DNA of 64,000 nucleotides from a virus (Duplodnaviria > Heunggongvirae > Uroviricota > Caudoviricetes), in IMG/VR virus record IMGVR_UViG_3300020429_000539, positions 236,263-300,262 of that record, one strand, 5' to 3'. Below the pieces are notes generated by a model. It did not search any database. It saw only the letters and a program-made list of their open reading frames with translations, and was not told the origin of the DNA. Shown piece after piece: positions 29,420 to 40,001 of this stretch. How positions within the stretch are numbered: position 1 is the stretch's first letter; each line of letters begins with the position of its first letter. The position numbers and the translations under genes are program-made.

Positions 29420-31780
29420 ATGACTACGGCTACTATTGAAGACGCGATACAGCTTACAAGAAAAGATACGATAGACTTTTTCGGTGGTGATGAACTTGCC
29501 ACCGATGTTTTTCTTAAGAAGTATGCTGTAACTCGTCCTGACGGAACTCTAGAAGAATACTTGCCACCTCAAATGTGGGAGCGCATGGCTCGTGCTGCTT
29601 CATCCGTTGAGAAAGACCAGGATACTTGGTATCGTAAGTTTTATTCTGTGCTAGAAGGTTGGAAGGCTGTCCCACAGGGCAGCATTATGTTTGCGCTTGG
29701 AAACCCATACCAGCGTTCAAGTTGTTCCAACTGTTTTGTAGTGCCCATCCATGATGATTCGTTGGAGGGCATTTTTAATGCAGCCAAAGAAATGGCGCAG
29801 ACCTATGCTTATCGCGGCGGCGTGGGTATAGATATTTCTCCATTGCGACCAGACGGTGCCGTTGTTTCTAATGCAGCAAGAACATCGACAGGCGCATGGT
29901 CGTTCATGGACCTCTACAGTTATATAACTAGACACATTGGTCAACACGGTCGCCGTGGCGCTTTGATGCTAACTATCAACGACAGTCACCCTGACCTGTT
30001 GAAGTTCATTACATCGAAGACTGACCTAACTAAAGTGACGGGCGCAAACATTTCTGTCAAAATCAGCAACGCCTTTATGGAGGCGGTTGAAAAAGATTTG
30101 ACATGGAAGATGGAGTTTTCCACTTCGCACCAGAAGGTTGTTCAGGAGATGCCAGCACGCGAGATTTGGCATACACTGGTTGAATGCGCTACAAACACGG
30201 CTGAGCCCGGTATTCTTTTCTGGGACCATATTATAGATGAGTCTCCCGCAGATTGCTATGCCGACGATGGCTTCCGCACAATCTGCACAAACCCCTGCTC
30301 GGAGATTCCTCTTCCTGCTTACGATGCATGCACACTTTTGAGCATGAACATGACTCGTTATACACGAAATGACTTCTCTAGAGATGCTTATTTTGACTTT
30401 GAGGCGTTTGCTGAGGATGTAGAGGTTGCTCTTCGTTTCTTGGATAATGTGAAGGAAATTGACCTATCTTTGATGCCTCTTGAGCAGCAGAGAGAAGTCG
30501 CAGCCAAGGGTCGTCGTGTTGGTATGGGAACTAATGGTCTTGGCGATACGCTTGCCAATCTCGGTATCAAGTATGACAGCGATCGTGCTGTTGAGTGGGT
30601 GGACGAGTTCTATGAGTTCTTCGCAAAAACCGTATACAAGGCGTCCGCTGAGCTTGCAAAGGAAAAGGGCGCGTTTCCTGTGTTTGATGCTGAGAAGGAA
30701 AAGGATAACCCGTTCCTCAACCGCATTGGGATGGCTGGCGTTCCTCGTCGCAACATCGCAGCTTTGACTTGTGCGCCTACGGGCTCTCTCTCGTGTCTCT
30801 GTCAAACCTCATCTGGCGTTGAGCCTGTCTTCCGTAACTTCTACAAGCGTCGTCGTAAGATTACGCACAATGAAGCTCATGACCTGCCACAGGACCAGTT
30901 GCATAAAGATAGCGTTGGCGATCTTTGGCAGGAATATGATGTTGCTCATCGCAACGTTGAACGATTCCTAGACCGTCGTAGTATTTCTTTGAAAAACAAG
31001 AGAGCCGAAGATATCAAGCTTCCCGGCTACTTTGTTGAATCAGACACTATTGATTGGACGATGCGAGTTAAGATTCAGGCTGCCATGCAGAAGTGGATCG
31101 ACCATGCTATCTCATCAACGTGTAACCTTCCAAAGGGGACTAGTGTCGAGACAGTTAAGAAGGTTTATGAAGAGGCCTTCAAGTCTGGCTGTAAAGGCTT
31201 TACAGTCTATGTAGATGGCTGTCGCGATGGCGTCTTGATCACGAAAGATGATGTCAAGCCAACTTCAATATCTAAGACCGATGCTCCTAAGCGGCCTAAA
31301 GAGCTTGATGCAGACGTGTACCACATCACAGTTAAGGGGCAGCAATACTTTGTTATGGTTGGATTGCTCGACGGCGAACCTTATGAGTGCTTTGCTGGTA
31401 AGAACGGTTTCATAGATAACAAGAAAAAGCATTGCAAAATCAAGAAGATCAAGAGAGGCTGCTATCAGGCTATCTTTGATGACGGTGAGGTGATTGACAA
31501 TATCGCGGACCATATCGAGGATGAAGAAGCAGCAATCACGAGACTTATTTCGCTTTCGCTTCGTCACGGAGCGGACATTAAGCATTGTGTTGATTCACTT
31601 GAGCGAGTTCCTGGAGATATGCATAACTTTGCAAGGTCGCTTTCCCGCGCCATTAAGAAGTATATTCCTGATGGCACAGAAGTTACGGGTCGTACCTGCG
31701 ATACTTGTAACGGGGATAATCTGGTAAGAGAGGAAGGGTGCGTCCGTTGCGCCGACTGCGGTTGGGCAGGCTGCGGATAA
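29420..31780 (+). CDS. nrdJ: class II (adenosylcobalamin-dependent) ribonucleotide reductase
   Basis: SNCFV, GRRGALM, TNPCSE, APTGS, C-terminal TSCPD-like and CxxC Zn-ribbon; no beta subunit nearby. Confidence 0.9.
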   Translation: MTTATIEDAIQLTRKDTIDFFGGDELATDVFLKKYAVTRPDGTLEEYLPPQMWERMARAASSVEKDQDTWYRKFYSVLEGWKAVPQGSIMFALGNPYQRSSCSNCFVVPIHDDSLEGIFNAAKEMAQTYAYRGGVGIDISPLRPDGAVVSNAARTSTGAWSFMDLYSYITRHIGQHGRRGALMLTINDSHPDLLKFITSKTDLTKVTGANISVKISNAFMEAVEKDLTWKMEFSTSHQKVVQEMPAREIWHTLVECATNTAEPGILFWDHIIDESPADCYADDGFRTICTNPCSEIPLPAYDACTLLSMNMTRYTRNDFSRDAYFDFEAFAEDVEVALRFLDNVKEIDLSLMPLEQQREVAAKGRRVGMGTNGLGDTLANLGIKYDSDRAVEWVDEFYEFFAKTVYKASAELAKEKGAFPVFDAEKEKDNPFLNRIGMAGVPRRNIAALTCAPTGSLSCLCQTSSGVEPVFRNFYKRRRKITHNEAHDLPQDQLHKDSVGDLWQEYDVAHRNVERFLDRRSISLKNKRAEDIKLPGYFVESDTIDWTMRVKIQAAMQKWIDHAISSTCNLPKGTSVETVKKVYEEAFKSGCKGFTVYVDGCRDGVLITKDDVKPTSISKTDAPKRPKELDADVYHITVKGQQYFVMVGLLDGEPYECFAGKNGFIDNKKKHCKIKKIKRGCYQAIFDDGEVIDNIADHIEDEEAAITRLISLSLRHGADIKHCVDSLERVPGDMHNFARSLSRAIKKYIPDGTEVTGRTCDTCNGDNLVREEGCVRCADCGWAGCG

Positions 31781-31810
31781 TCTCTCTCTTGAAACCCTTC
31801 CTATATGTTT

Positions 31811-31850
31811 GGCCCCTGAGAGTGCTAGGCTCTTGGGGGCCTTTCTTTTT
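31811..31850 (+). terminator. intrinsic terminator
   Basis: GGCCCCTGAGAG / CTCTTGGGGGCC followed by a T tract. Confidence 0.8.
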
Positions 31851-31876
31851 GTCGATAAGCAAAAAAAGGAGTTATC

Positions 31877-32335
31877 ATGGACGCAATAAGAGTTAAAAAG
31901 TTAGATGAAGCAGCGGTAGTGCCTGAATCAGCAAATGAGACAGACGCGGGATATGATCTCGTAGCTATCGATGATGGCGAGTTTAAGAAAGACGAGCATA
32001 GCAATACTCTCTATATTCAATACAGGACAGGATTGTCTATAGCTCCGCCACCTGGATACCATACTGAGATATTCCCGAGGTCAAGTATTAGCAAGACTCA
32101 TTTAATGCTTGCAAATAGCATCGGACTAATAGATGAAGGGTATAGAGGGGAAATTCTTGTAAGATTCAAGGTTATTCCATCGAATATGGGAGCATCGCTA
32201 GTGAAGCGATATCAAGCTGGCGATCGGATAGCACAGTTAGTTATTCGCAAAACTGAGAAAGCCAGCTTTGAACTCGTAGAAGAACTCGATGATACATCAA
32301 GAGGAGATGGAGGCTTCGGTTCTTCAGGAACATAA
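31877..32335 (+). CDS. dut: dUTPase (trimeric)
   Basis: AGYDL, PRSS, GLIDEGYRGE, RIAQL, RGDGGFGSSG. Confidence 0.95.
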   Translation: MDAIRVKKLDEAAVVPESANETDAGYDLVAIDDGEFKKDEHSNTLYIQYRTGLSIAPPPGYHTEIFPRSSISKTHLMLANSIGLIDEGYRGEILVRFKVIPSNMGASLVKRYQAGDRIAQLVIRKTEKASFELVEELDDTSRGDGGFGSSGT

Positions 32336-32347
32336 TGAGCTTTGTAA

Positions 32348-34126
32348 ATGGCGGATTTTGGACCAGAACATATAATCGTTGTATATAGAGATACTGACAG
32401 CGAAAGCTTAGAGTTTGCAGAGCGGTATCAAGAAATACACGGGTTAGCTGACGAGCAGTTGGTTGCTGTACCATGCTCAAGTCGAGAAGTTCTTGATACG
32501 TATACGGATTTTCAGACTGAAGTAGAGAATCCGCTCAAGAGCGCTTTGTCGGATTCTGGTTCAGACCTTCTTGATAGAACTGTCTATGCGTTTGTCTTGA
32601 TGCCTCGTGTTCCTGGTGGCTTTAGGGCAAATGATGAGGTTATATCTTCTACTTCTAGGTTATCAAGGCTTTATAGCTCATTTGAACCTGGTCTAAATAA
32701 TCCGCTTTATGATCCAAAAGTGTTTCGTCGGTATCAAGAATCAGATAACGATATCGCATATATTTGTTCGCGCTTTGACACTCCACAGGCCGCAATAACT
32801 AGAAACTGGTTTGATAATACACAGAGAGCTATTGACCAACTGTTTGTATCTGGTAAGTTTTTCATGGACTCGTATGCCGCTATTTTTGCCAGCGGAGCCG
32901 AACAATACGAGCAAGAGCTTGTAAGTTTTGAAACGGGCTTCATGAATAGGCTGGGTATTGATACAAGAACAACAGTTAGAGTTGATCCCTACGTAGACCC
33001 TATCATACCAAAACTTGATGATGATTCATTTTACTGGGGCTGGGGAACCGAAGAGGGCAGCCTTACATTCTTCGGGACATCTACAAACATACGAGGCTTC
33101 TTTTATAACGCTGATTTTACCGGCGCAGAGACTATGCGAAATATTGATGCTCGTAACTGGCCCTTACTTGCTATTCGGCAGGGGTATGTTGCTACCGCAG
33201 GCGCTATGTCAAATATGAGTATCGATGCCTTTTTAAGACCATTCCCTCTATTCAATGCGCTGTTCAGAGGCGCACGGATGGGAGAGGCTATGTTATATGC
33301 TCAACCTAAGTTTGACACTCCTATGGCTATGTTTGGCGACCCTTTGCTTCAGTATACCTTTCCTCTTGCGGTCGAAAGCACTACTTTTGTTGATGAAGAT
33401 GTTGCATGGATGAGAGCCGCAGACTGTTGCGCTCAATCTGTAATAACAATGTTCCGTAAGAGCAATATCCTTATGGATATGCGCAACGATTTTCTCTCAG
33501 GAGACGACGTAGATGTTCAGCTTGAGCTAAGCCGACTTGCAAATAGGCTCGGCAAGACATACGAAGACCCGAGTTGGCGAAATGACTATATCAACCTCGT
33601 GAGAGCATTTTTTGATATTGTCGTTCAAAGAAACAAGACGTTCTACCCCGCACATTATCCTACTCTAAATGATTATCTAGATGAAACCGATGGTGTTATA
33701 CCTGAAATTATACTTGATGTTTTGAATGATGAGATTTTCAAAGCAACCATTTCAGAAGAGCATCTATATGAAGAAGGAACATGGGAGTTTGAGTTCGATC
33801 TTGAGCATCCTAACGAAGAAGACTTTGCTTTTTATCAGTTTGAGTTAGATATTTCTACTGACATCGATTTTGATGAAAGCGATATTGTATTGAGCAAAAG
33901 AAGCGAGGATTCTGTTCGCGGCTGGTTCCGTCAAAACGAAGATGATGTCTATGAGCAAATGAATATCAATGGTGTGACATCCAATTTTGTTGGTAAAAAT
34001 GTAAAATATGTAAACCAGCCAGGCGAAAAACTTGAAAGGGGAAAGTTCTATTATTTTCGAATAAGACAGAAAGACCAGTTGACGACGTATGATTATAGAA
34101 CTTTCAGAGAAGTCATATACAGATGA
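32348..34126 (+). CDS. TIGR03790-like protein with C-terminal beta-sandwich
   Basis: IVVY...SESLEFAERY, NPLY, SRFD, WGWG, GAMS..P, FGDPL pattern. Confidence 0.65.
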   Translation: MADFGPEHIIVVYRDTDSESLEFAERYQEIHGLADEQLVAVPCSSREVLDTYTDFQTEVENPLKSALSDSGSDLLDRTVYAFVLMPRVPGGFRANDEVISSTSRLSRLYSSFEPGLNNPLYDPKVFRRYQESDNDIAYICSRFDTPQAAITRNWFDNTQRAIDQLFVSGKFFMDSYAAIFASGAEQYEQELVSFETGFMNRLGIDTRTTVRVDPYVDPIIPKLDDDSFYWGWGTEEGSLTFFGTSTNIRGFFYNADFTGAETMRNIDARNWPLLAIRQGYVATAGAMSNMSIDAFLRPFPLFNALFRGARMGEAMLYAQPKFDTPMAMFGDPLLQYTFPLAVESTTFVDEDVAWMRAADCCAQSVITMFRKSNILMDMRNDFLSGDDVDVQLELSRLANRLGKTYEDPSWRNDYINLVRAFFDIVVQRNKTFYPAHYPTLNDYLDETDGVIPEIILDVLNDEIFKATISEEHLYEEGTWEFEFDLEHPNEEDFAFYQFELDISTDIDFDESDIVLSKRSEDSVRGWFRQNEDDVYEQMNINGVTSNFVGKNVKYVNQPGEKLERGKFYYFRIRQKDQLTTYDYRTFREVIYR

Positions 34127-34590
34127 TAGGCACAAAGAACTACAGGACAGTATCGGAAACCATTTCTGAATCGCAAGATTTAGCAGGAGATGCTCTAGAC
34201 AAGCTTTTATGCATGAGAGGTCATATTGTTTCTTCAGAAATTAACCAATACAATCAGTATAGAAGACGGTTGCTAAATACATTAGACGGCACGTATAATT
34301 ACATAGCTGCTAGACACTTCAACCTAAGCCGACAAGTGCAAAACTTTGTAAAAGGTTTGCAACAACACGTTTTGGATAAATATGGTACAGAGTTTGGATA
34401 CTCCACGCTAGATGAGTTTTTGCAAGGACAGTATATCCAGGTTCCACAAACATTTGCAACCATATCTAACTTTTTGGGATACCCGATTACGGAAGTTGGA
34501 GACAAGGCAGCAAACTGGGAAGATTTAGACAACGTGGATTGGAACGAGCTTGATTTGCGATGGGACCGAATAGGATGGGACAATTTATGA
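34123..34590 (+). CDS. hypothetical protein with Trp-repeat tail
   Basis: C-terminal W-x-(D/E)-L repeats. Confidence 0.7.
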   Translation: MIGTKNYRTVSETISESQDLAGDALDKLLCMRGHIVSSEINQYNQYRRRLLNTLDGTYNYIAARHFNLSRQVQNFVKGLQQHVLDKYGTEFGYSTLDEFLQGQYIQVPQTFATISNFLGYPITEVGDKAANWEDLDNVDWNELDLRWDRIGWDNL

Positions 34591-34602
34591 TGGAGACTGC
34601 AT

Positions 34603-35142
34603 ATGCCCGCTGATATTTCAGAAAGTACGCCAGCAGAGACTTATAAGGATTTGCTGCACCTAAACAATAGCGGCAATGGCGCTGATACGACGTTGCGCGC
34701 ATTATATGATGGCGACGGAAACGCTACTCCATTGCAGCTATCAACAAACAAGGTTGCCTTCGACGCAGGCGATGGCGTTCTTGATAATGTAGTTCTGACA
34801 GATGTAAAGCAGACCTATAACGACAAAGGTGGCATCAATACGGCAACAGTCGATTTTGATCTGAGCGAAGGTAATGTCCAGAAGATGACTATAGACACAA
34901 ACATTACTAGTATCACCTTTTCAGGCACTCCAACTTCCGGAGACGCCTATGAACTAACCCTAATCGTGGAACAAGGCTCAGGTGGCGCGAATACAATAAC
35001 ATGGGGCGGCTCTATTCTTTGGAGCGGAGGAAGTTCCCCAACCGTGACAGCCAGTCTTGGTGCTATTGACATTTTCAAGATGTTCTCTACTGATGGTGGC
35101 ACTACCTGGTACGCATGGACGTTAGGACAGGATTTTAGCTAA
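34603..35142 (+). CDS. putative virion fibre/decoration protein
   Basis: G/T/S-rich beta pattern; QGSGGANTITW..W..G..P..IDIF..TDGGTTWY. Confidence 0.6.
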   Translation: MPADISESTPAETYKDLLHLNNSGNGADTTLRALYDGDGNATPLQLSTNKVAFDAGDGVLDNVVLTDVKQTYNDKGGINTATVDFDLSEGNVQKMTIDTNITSITFSGTPTSGDAYELTLIVEQGSGGANTITWGGSILWSGGSSPTVTASLGAIDIFKMFSTDGGTTWYAWTLGQDFS

Positions 35143-37073
35143 TGCCACCTAGGAAAAAAGATACTAAGTCGAAGCAATCTGATTTTACAGAGCTTTTACG
35201 GACTCTCAAGAATGAAGTCAAGGCAGATAATGTTCGTCGTAAGTTTGGCGGCAAACTACCTGATATTATTGAGTTCGTAGAAGGCGAAAAATGGCTAGGT
35301 TTTCCTTTTTATACAAACCCAATTTATCTCTATCCTATGCAGAAGATTCTGCTTAAATGCTTTTATCGGGGTTCTCCTGGTAATGAAAACCTAAAGCTAA
35401 CCGAAGAAGAAACTCGTCTTATCAAAGACTATGGATTGACGGATATTGAGAACGGAAATCTGCTCGAAAAGTGGAATAATAATGAAACATTCCGCGAACT
35501 CGTGCTTGTTTGGGGTCGTCGTAGTGGAAAAGACTTCATCGTGTCTATTATGGCCCTTTACGAGGCTATGAGGCTGCTTGAGACGCCTGGTGGAAATCCG
35601 TATGCCACATACAATCTTGGTCAAGCTGCTCCGATTACGATTCTAACAATCGCTAATGCCATGCAGCAGGCGAAAATTCTCTTCCGTGAGATGAAAGAGA
35701 AGATTCAGATGAGTCCCTACTTTGAAGATAAAGTAGGCAAGATTACTGATGACAGAATCTACCTCCTTACTCCGCATGATAAAGAAGGTAACAAAAAACA
35801 GGCCGAAAGAGGCCTTCCCATGCATCACGGTTCGATTCAGATCGTGGCGGGCCACTCAAACTCAAACTCGCTAGTTGGTCTTTCGTGTTTTGCTATTCTG
35901 TTCGACGAGATTGGTACATACAAAAATACCGCAGGTTCGTCGGGCGGCGACCAGCTTTATCACAACCTTGTTCCCGCAACAAAGACTTACGTCCGTAGAG
36001 AGCCAGTTCTTGATGAAAACGGTAACGAGAAAAAGAACGCCAAGGGCGAGATTGAGATGAAATCGGTTATCGATGGCCGCGTTATCTGCATATCGACGCC
36101 CCGTGGTAAGGAAGGCATTTTCTATGAGCTATACAAGAACGCCGAGAACGTAGACCACCGTTTCATGATGCGGGCACCGACATGGGTTGTCAATCCAAAC
36201 CTTCCTAAGCATCTTTTGCTCGCCGAATCTCCTGACATGAACGATATGAAGTTTGCGATGGAGTATGGTGGCGAGTTCTTTGGCACGGCTGGCGAATCAT
36301 TCTTCAGCCCCGATGACGTAGACCGTGTATTCCGTAATCATCATTTGCCATTCGTAAACCATGGTGTGCCGGGCATAACCTACTTTGCTCACTTAGATCC
36401 TGCTACATCGAGTCACAACTATGCTCTCGTCATAACTCATCAAGAGCAAAGACTTGATAGAGAGACAAATAAAAGAGACTATGTTGTTATTGTGGACCAT
36501 ATTATGTATTGGTCTCCAACGCCTGATAAGATGATTGTCGTCGATGAGGTTGATGAATATGTCATCGAACTCAACAAGAGATTCCACTTTGGCGAGGTTA
36601 CGTATGACCACTGGAACAGTAAGGCAAGTATACAAAAACTTAGAAAACATGGTATACCTGCACGTATGACCCCCTATACAAGACAGTATAAGCAAGAAAT
36701 ATATGATAACTTATTTCAGCTAACTATTTCAAAAAGGCTATTGTGTCCAAGACATAAGCTTCTAGAGACAGAAATGAAAAACTTGCAGAGAAAATGGCAG
36801 GGTAATAGCTTTAAAGTCATGCCAAAACCAGATGGCGATTGCACTACTGATGATATTGTTGATGCTCTTGCTGGCGCATGTTTTAATGTCCGAGGTAAGG
36901 CTACACAGGGTTTACCACAAGGAAAATTGATATCAATGCCAGTATCACCACAAGGAAACAATATTGCATGGAGGTCAATGCAAGGCACGCCTTATGGGGT
37001 AGGCTCAGGCCAGCATGTGATGAATGAATTAGGTAAGAAAACGAGGGTTCACCCCCTATGGCATAGGAAATAA
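35142..37073 (+). CDS. terL: terminase large subunit
   Basis: WGRRSGKD Walker A, ILFDE Walker B, ISTPRG, nuclease HLDPA..YDHW..DDIVDALAG. Confidence 0.9.
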   Translation: MPPRKKDTKSKQSDFTELLRTLKNEVKADNVRRKFGGKLPDIIEFVEGEKWLGFPFYTNPIYLYPMQKILLKCFYRGSPGNENLKLTEEETRLIKDYGLTDIENGNLLEKWNNNETFRELVLVWGRRSGKDFIVSIMALYEAMRLLETPGGNPYATYNLGQAAPITILTIANAMQQAKILFREMKEKIQMSPYFEDKVGKITDDRIYLLTPHDKEGNKKQAERGLPMHHGSIQIVAGHSNSNSLVGLSCFAILFDEIGTYKNTAGSSGGDQLYHNLVPATKTYVRREPVLDENGNEKKNAKGEIEMKSVIDGRVICISTPRGKEGIFYELYKNAENVDHRFMMRAPTWVVNPNLPKHLLLAESPDMNDMKFAMEYGGEFFGTAGESFFSPDDVDRVFRNHHLPFVNHGVPGITYFAHLDPATSSHNYALVITHQEQRLDRETNKRDYVVIVDHIMYWSPTPDKMIVVDEVDEYVIELNKRFHFGEVTYDHWNSKASIQKLRKHGIPARMTPYTRQYKQEIYDNLFQLTISKRLLCPRHKLLETEMKNLQRKWQGNSFKVMPKPDGDCTTDDIVDALAGACFNVRGKATQGLPQGKLISMPVSPQGNNIAWRSMQGTPYGVGSGQHVMNELGKKTRVHPLWHRK

Positions 37074-37082
37074 GGAGCAGTC

Positions 37083-37841
37083 ATGTCTTTCAACCTGAAA
37101 AATAACAAGAAAGTTGCTCAGAACAAGCCTTACCCAAAAAGACTTGTCGATCAACAGGAAGAACTGGGTGAATCCATAGGCTCAGATACGGATTCATACC
37201 AAGGAATACTAGGAGACACGCGAGGCGAAGGGCAGGGGGAGAATCTTGATATCGTCATGGAGGGACAGATGTCTTCGAATGCTCTTGGTTCTCATACAAA
37301 CGACAATTCTCAGCCTGTAACAACCGAGGGACAGATGTCGGCTGCGAAAGATAGTTACATCCCTCATAGAGATCCAAACGTGGACGACCATGTTATGAAG
37401 CCCATGGATGCACTTGCGGAGGCCCATCATCAGAAATATCGACAGGCTTATTTAGCAATAGACGATGATGGCGAGACTGAGTTCTGGGATAAACAGCTTG
37501 GTGTTCAGCAGCATCGCGATTATCCAAAGAAGACTACTGCCGATCCTGCTGCTGCAAGCCAGCTTTCAAATCGCCCAGAAAGATTTGAGAGCCTAGCCTC
37601 TCAGCCAACAGAGGTTGATGTGGATACAAACGCCGCGAACGCGGACAAAAAGGATAAAGTGAAGAAACTACAAGCAGCATCTATCAAAGACATCGACAAG
37701 GCTTTGTTCGATATCTTCTACAAAGCTGCCTCGGAAGAGCGAGAGCTTACGGATGACGAAGCGGACGATGTTATCGAGATGTCGCATGTCAAGGCATCAA
37801 TGCTGTCAGAAATTCAGAAAATATCAGAAAAGGAAGAATGA
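37083..37841 (+). CDS. putative head internal protein
   Basis: MSFNL..KKVAQ leader; xTEGQM repeats. Confidence 0.65.
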   Translation: MSFNLKNNKKVAQNKPYPKRLVDQQEELGESIGSDTDSYQGILGDTRGEGQGENLDIVMEGQMSSNALGSHTNDNSQPVTTEGQMSAAKDSYIPHRDPNVDDHVMKPMDALAEAHHQKYRQAYLAIDDDGETEFWDKQLGVQQHRDYPKKTTADPAAASQLSNRPERFESLASQPTEVDVDTNAANADKKDKVKKLQAASIKDIDKALFDIFYKAASEERELTDDEADDVIEMSHVKASMLSEIQKISEKEE

Positions 37842-38431
37842 ATTTCAACCTAAGCCATTACAAGGAAGCTCGTAGAGGCTCGGAGCCTCCGCAGGTTTTT
37901 ACGCGCCCATACTTTCGTCAAGAGAGAGACGTATACGATACGGTTCATTCTCCAAACGACGGGAAAGGCGACAAGTTAACAACTCCTGGTAGCGAAGGAT
38001 TGCCCGGACAACCAGGAGATATGTCTGCTCCTGCATTTGGGACAAGGGGGCGTGATGGGTCTCCTGAGCCTGATGATTTTTCTGAGTTTAGTTCTCGCAA
38101 CGACAGAGACACTCGCGATCCTAATAAGAAGCTTCCCAGAGATACGGACCCTCCCAATCCGTTTGCTTCTGATTTTCTTGGCAGTCAAGATACCCAATAT
38201 GGACAAGGCCAGGACACTGACTATGGGCAGGCGCAACACGACGGAACGAACCGGGTTAGATCCGACTCGGCTCTGAGCATGGAAAACACCGTGCAGAGGC
38301 AACTTGGAGAGTCAGGAGAGCTTGACCGAAAGCCTTCAATTACAAACATGCCATCGAACGGAAGTTATAACTCGTTGCTAGAAAATGACGATACACCACT
38401 AGGACGCATCCGAAGAATTCAGAGGAGATAA
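37838..38431 (+). CDS. putative head internal protein (disordered)
   Basis: MNFNL..YKEAR leader. Confidence 0.65.
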   Translation: MNFNLSHYKEARRGSEPPQVFTRPYFRQERDVYDTVHSPNDGKGDKLTTPGSEGLPGQPGDMSAPAFGTRGRDGSPEPDDFSEFSSRNDRDTRDPNKKLPRDTDPPNPFASDFLGSQDTQYGQGQDTDYGQAQHDGTNRVRSDSALSMENTVQRQLGESGELDRKPSITNMPSNGSYNSLLENDDTPLGRIRRIQRR

Positions 38432-38433
38432 AT

Positions 38434-39270
38434 ATGAAGCTCAAAGTTACAAAAAAAGCAGGTGGCGAACTGTTTATTCGTGCAGTTGGACGAACCTACA
38501 AGGTTGGTGCCACCATTAAGATGACCTCCGAACAGTATCTTGATTCAACCACTCAAGCCGCTATTCGTAATGGTTTTTTGGAGTTGCTCGAAGGTCAAAC
38601 AGAAAAGAAACCAGATGGAGTTTTCTATGTGAATGTTCATCGCAACGAACTATCTTTTCAGTCTCTTGAGATAACTGTCCCCAAGGGAGCCCGTTTCTTT
38701 GTCCCAACAGAACACGTAGAGGACATGGAAATCGTGATTGCTCATGGCAACGGTCATATTGAGCTAGCCGAAGAAATTGATGCCAAGATTGCTGAAGCAG
38801 AAAAGGCAAGAGAGCAGTCAAAAGCCGACGCCGAAGAACCTAAGAAAACCACAAAGAGAGTAACTAAGAAAAAGTCAACCAAGAAGGCTTCTAAGAAAAC
38901 AACTAATAAAGAAGCTTCTGCAAAGAAAACTAAGACAATCAAACGGTTGTCAGAAGAAGCTCCACAGTCTATTGACCCCAATGAGGGGCAGTCCGAGACT
39001 CATCTGCCAGAAGCAAAGAAAGTAGAAGCGCCAGAGGGAATGTATGCTCATGACCCAACCGGCGAAGGTATGACTGTAAGAACGTCAGAGAAGCCAAAGT
39101 CTAGCCCTAAGACTGAGATGAAGAAATCGCAAGAGGGCTTTGATGATTTGTTCGTAGATGATTCTCAAGAAAATCTTGAACCAGTTACTTTTGTGGACCA
39201 AGAACAGGACCGAGAGAGGTATGCTCAGCTTCGTGGCGAAGAGATGCCTAATAACGATGAGGTCAGCTAA
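38434..39270 (+). CDS. hypothetical protein with two ~50-aa repeats and Lys-rich histone-like segment
   Basis: KKTTKRVTKKKSTKKASKK tract. Confidence 0.7.
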   Translation: MKLKVTKKAGGELFIRAVGRTYKVGATIKMTSEQYLDSTTQAAIRNGFLELLEGQTEKKPDGVFYVNVHRNELSFQSLEITVPKGARFFVPTEHVEDMEIVIAHGNGHIELAEEIDAKIAEAEKAREQSKADAEEPKKTTKRVTKKKSTKKASKKTTNKEASAKKTKTIKRLSEEAPQSIDPNEGQSETHLPEAKKVEAPEGMYAHDPTGEGMTVRTSEKPKSSPKTEMKKSQEGFDDLFVDDSQENLEPVTFVDQEQDRERYAQLRGEEMPNNDEVS

Positions 39271-39272
39271 CC

Positions 39273-40001
39273 ATGTTAGATGTTATCCTGAAAGAACTTG
39301 CAGTGTTTGGTATAACCGTTCAAGACGGAACCTATACTATGCGCGGCAAGTCTATGCAGGGTAAAGAACTTATCGAGACTCTAGAAAGCAAAATCAAGAG
39401 AAATAAGAAACTGCTCTGGGCCATGTGGCACGAAGTTTGTTCTGAACTTCGAAGCGAGACTGAAAACTCGATGCCTGCTGATTCTTTGAGGAACTTATTC
39501 GTTCCTGCCATAAGAAGTTTGTATGAGATATGTTGTTATTTTGATGAACTTGATTCAAATGGCGTAGCCAAAAAGCTTAGGGAGTCTTTGGATAGGGATG
39601 TTGAATCATTTTCAGGTTTAACAATGTCTCGCATCATTGATTATTCCATAGGCATTCAGTGGCTAACTCATCTTGTCCGTAGGGATATGTATATTTCGCA
39701 TCTTGTTCTTAGACTACAAGAACCTAAGAAGGCTGTTGCGGTCGGCGTTTCCGGTCCTTGGTCTAGAACGGATATTCCTATGAGAGAAAGAGTCTTTCAG
39801 TGGTCAGAGATTGCGGAGGAAACGGCTGGTCGAAGTCGTGATAAGCGACATCAGCGGAGATATCGCATGGGTCTAGAACAATATAAAGACCCATGGCCCA
39901 ATGAAGGTTTTTATTGGAGAGAGATACGTAACGAGCCGTTTAGCTTTAGCGATAGTTCCGCAAACCCATACCCACACCGAAACGTACTTTGGAGGTCATA
40001 A
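39273..40001 (+). CDS. hypothetical protein in head module
   Basis: 242-aa ORF. Confidence 0.7.
   Translation: MLDVILKELAVFGITVQDGTYTMRGKSMQGKELIETLESKIKRNKKLLWAMWHEVCSELRSETENSMPADSLRNLFVPAIRSLYEICCYFDELDSNGVAKKLRESLDRDVESFSGLTMSRIIDYSIGIQWLTHLVRRDMYISHLVLRLQEPKKAVAVGVSGPWSRTDIPMRERVFQWSEIAEETAGRSRDKRHQRRYRMGLEQYKDPWPNEGFYWREIRNEPFSFSDSSANPYPHRNVLWRS

Noticed and set aside
29420-37073. Inteins or introns in RNR and terminase
   Set aside because: Lengths are normal and no C..HN splice motifs or insertions were seen
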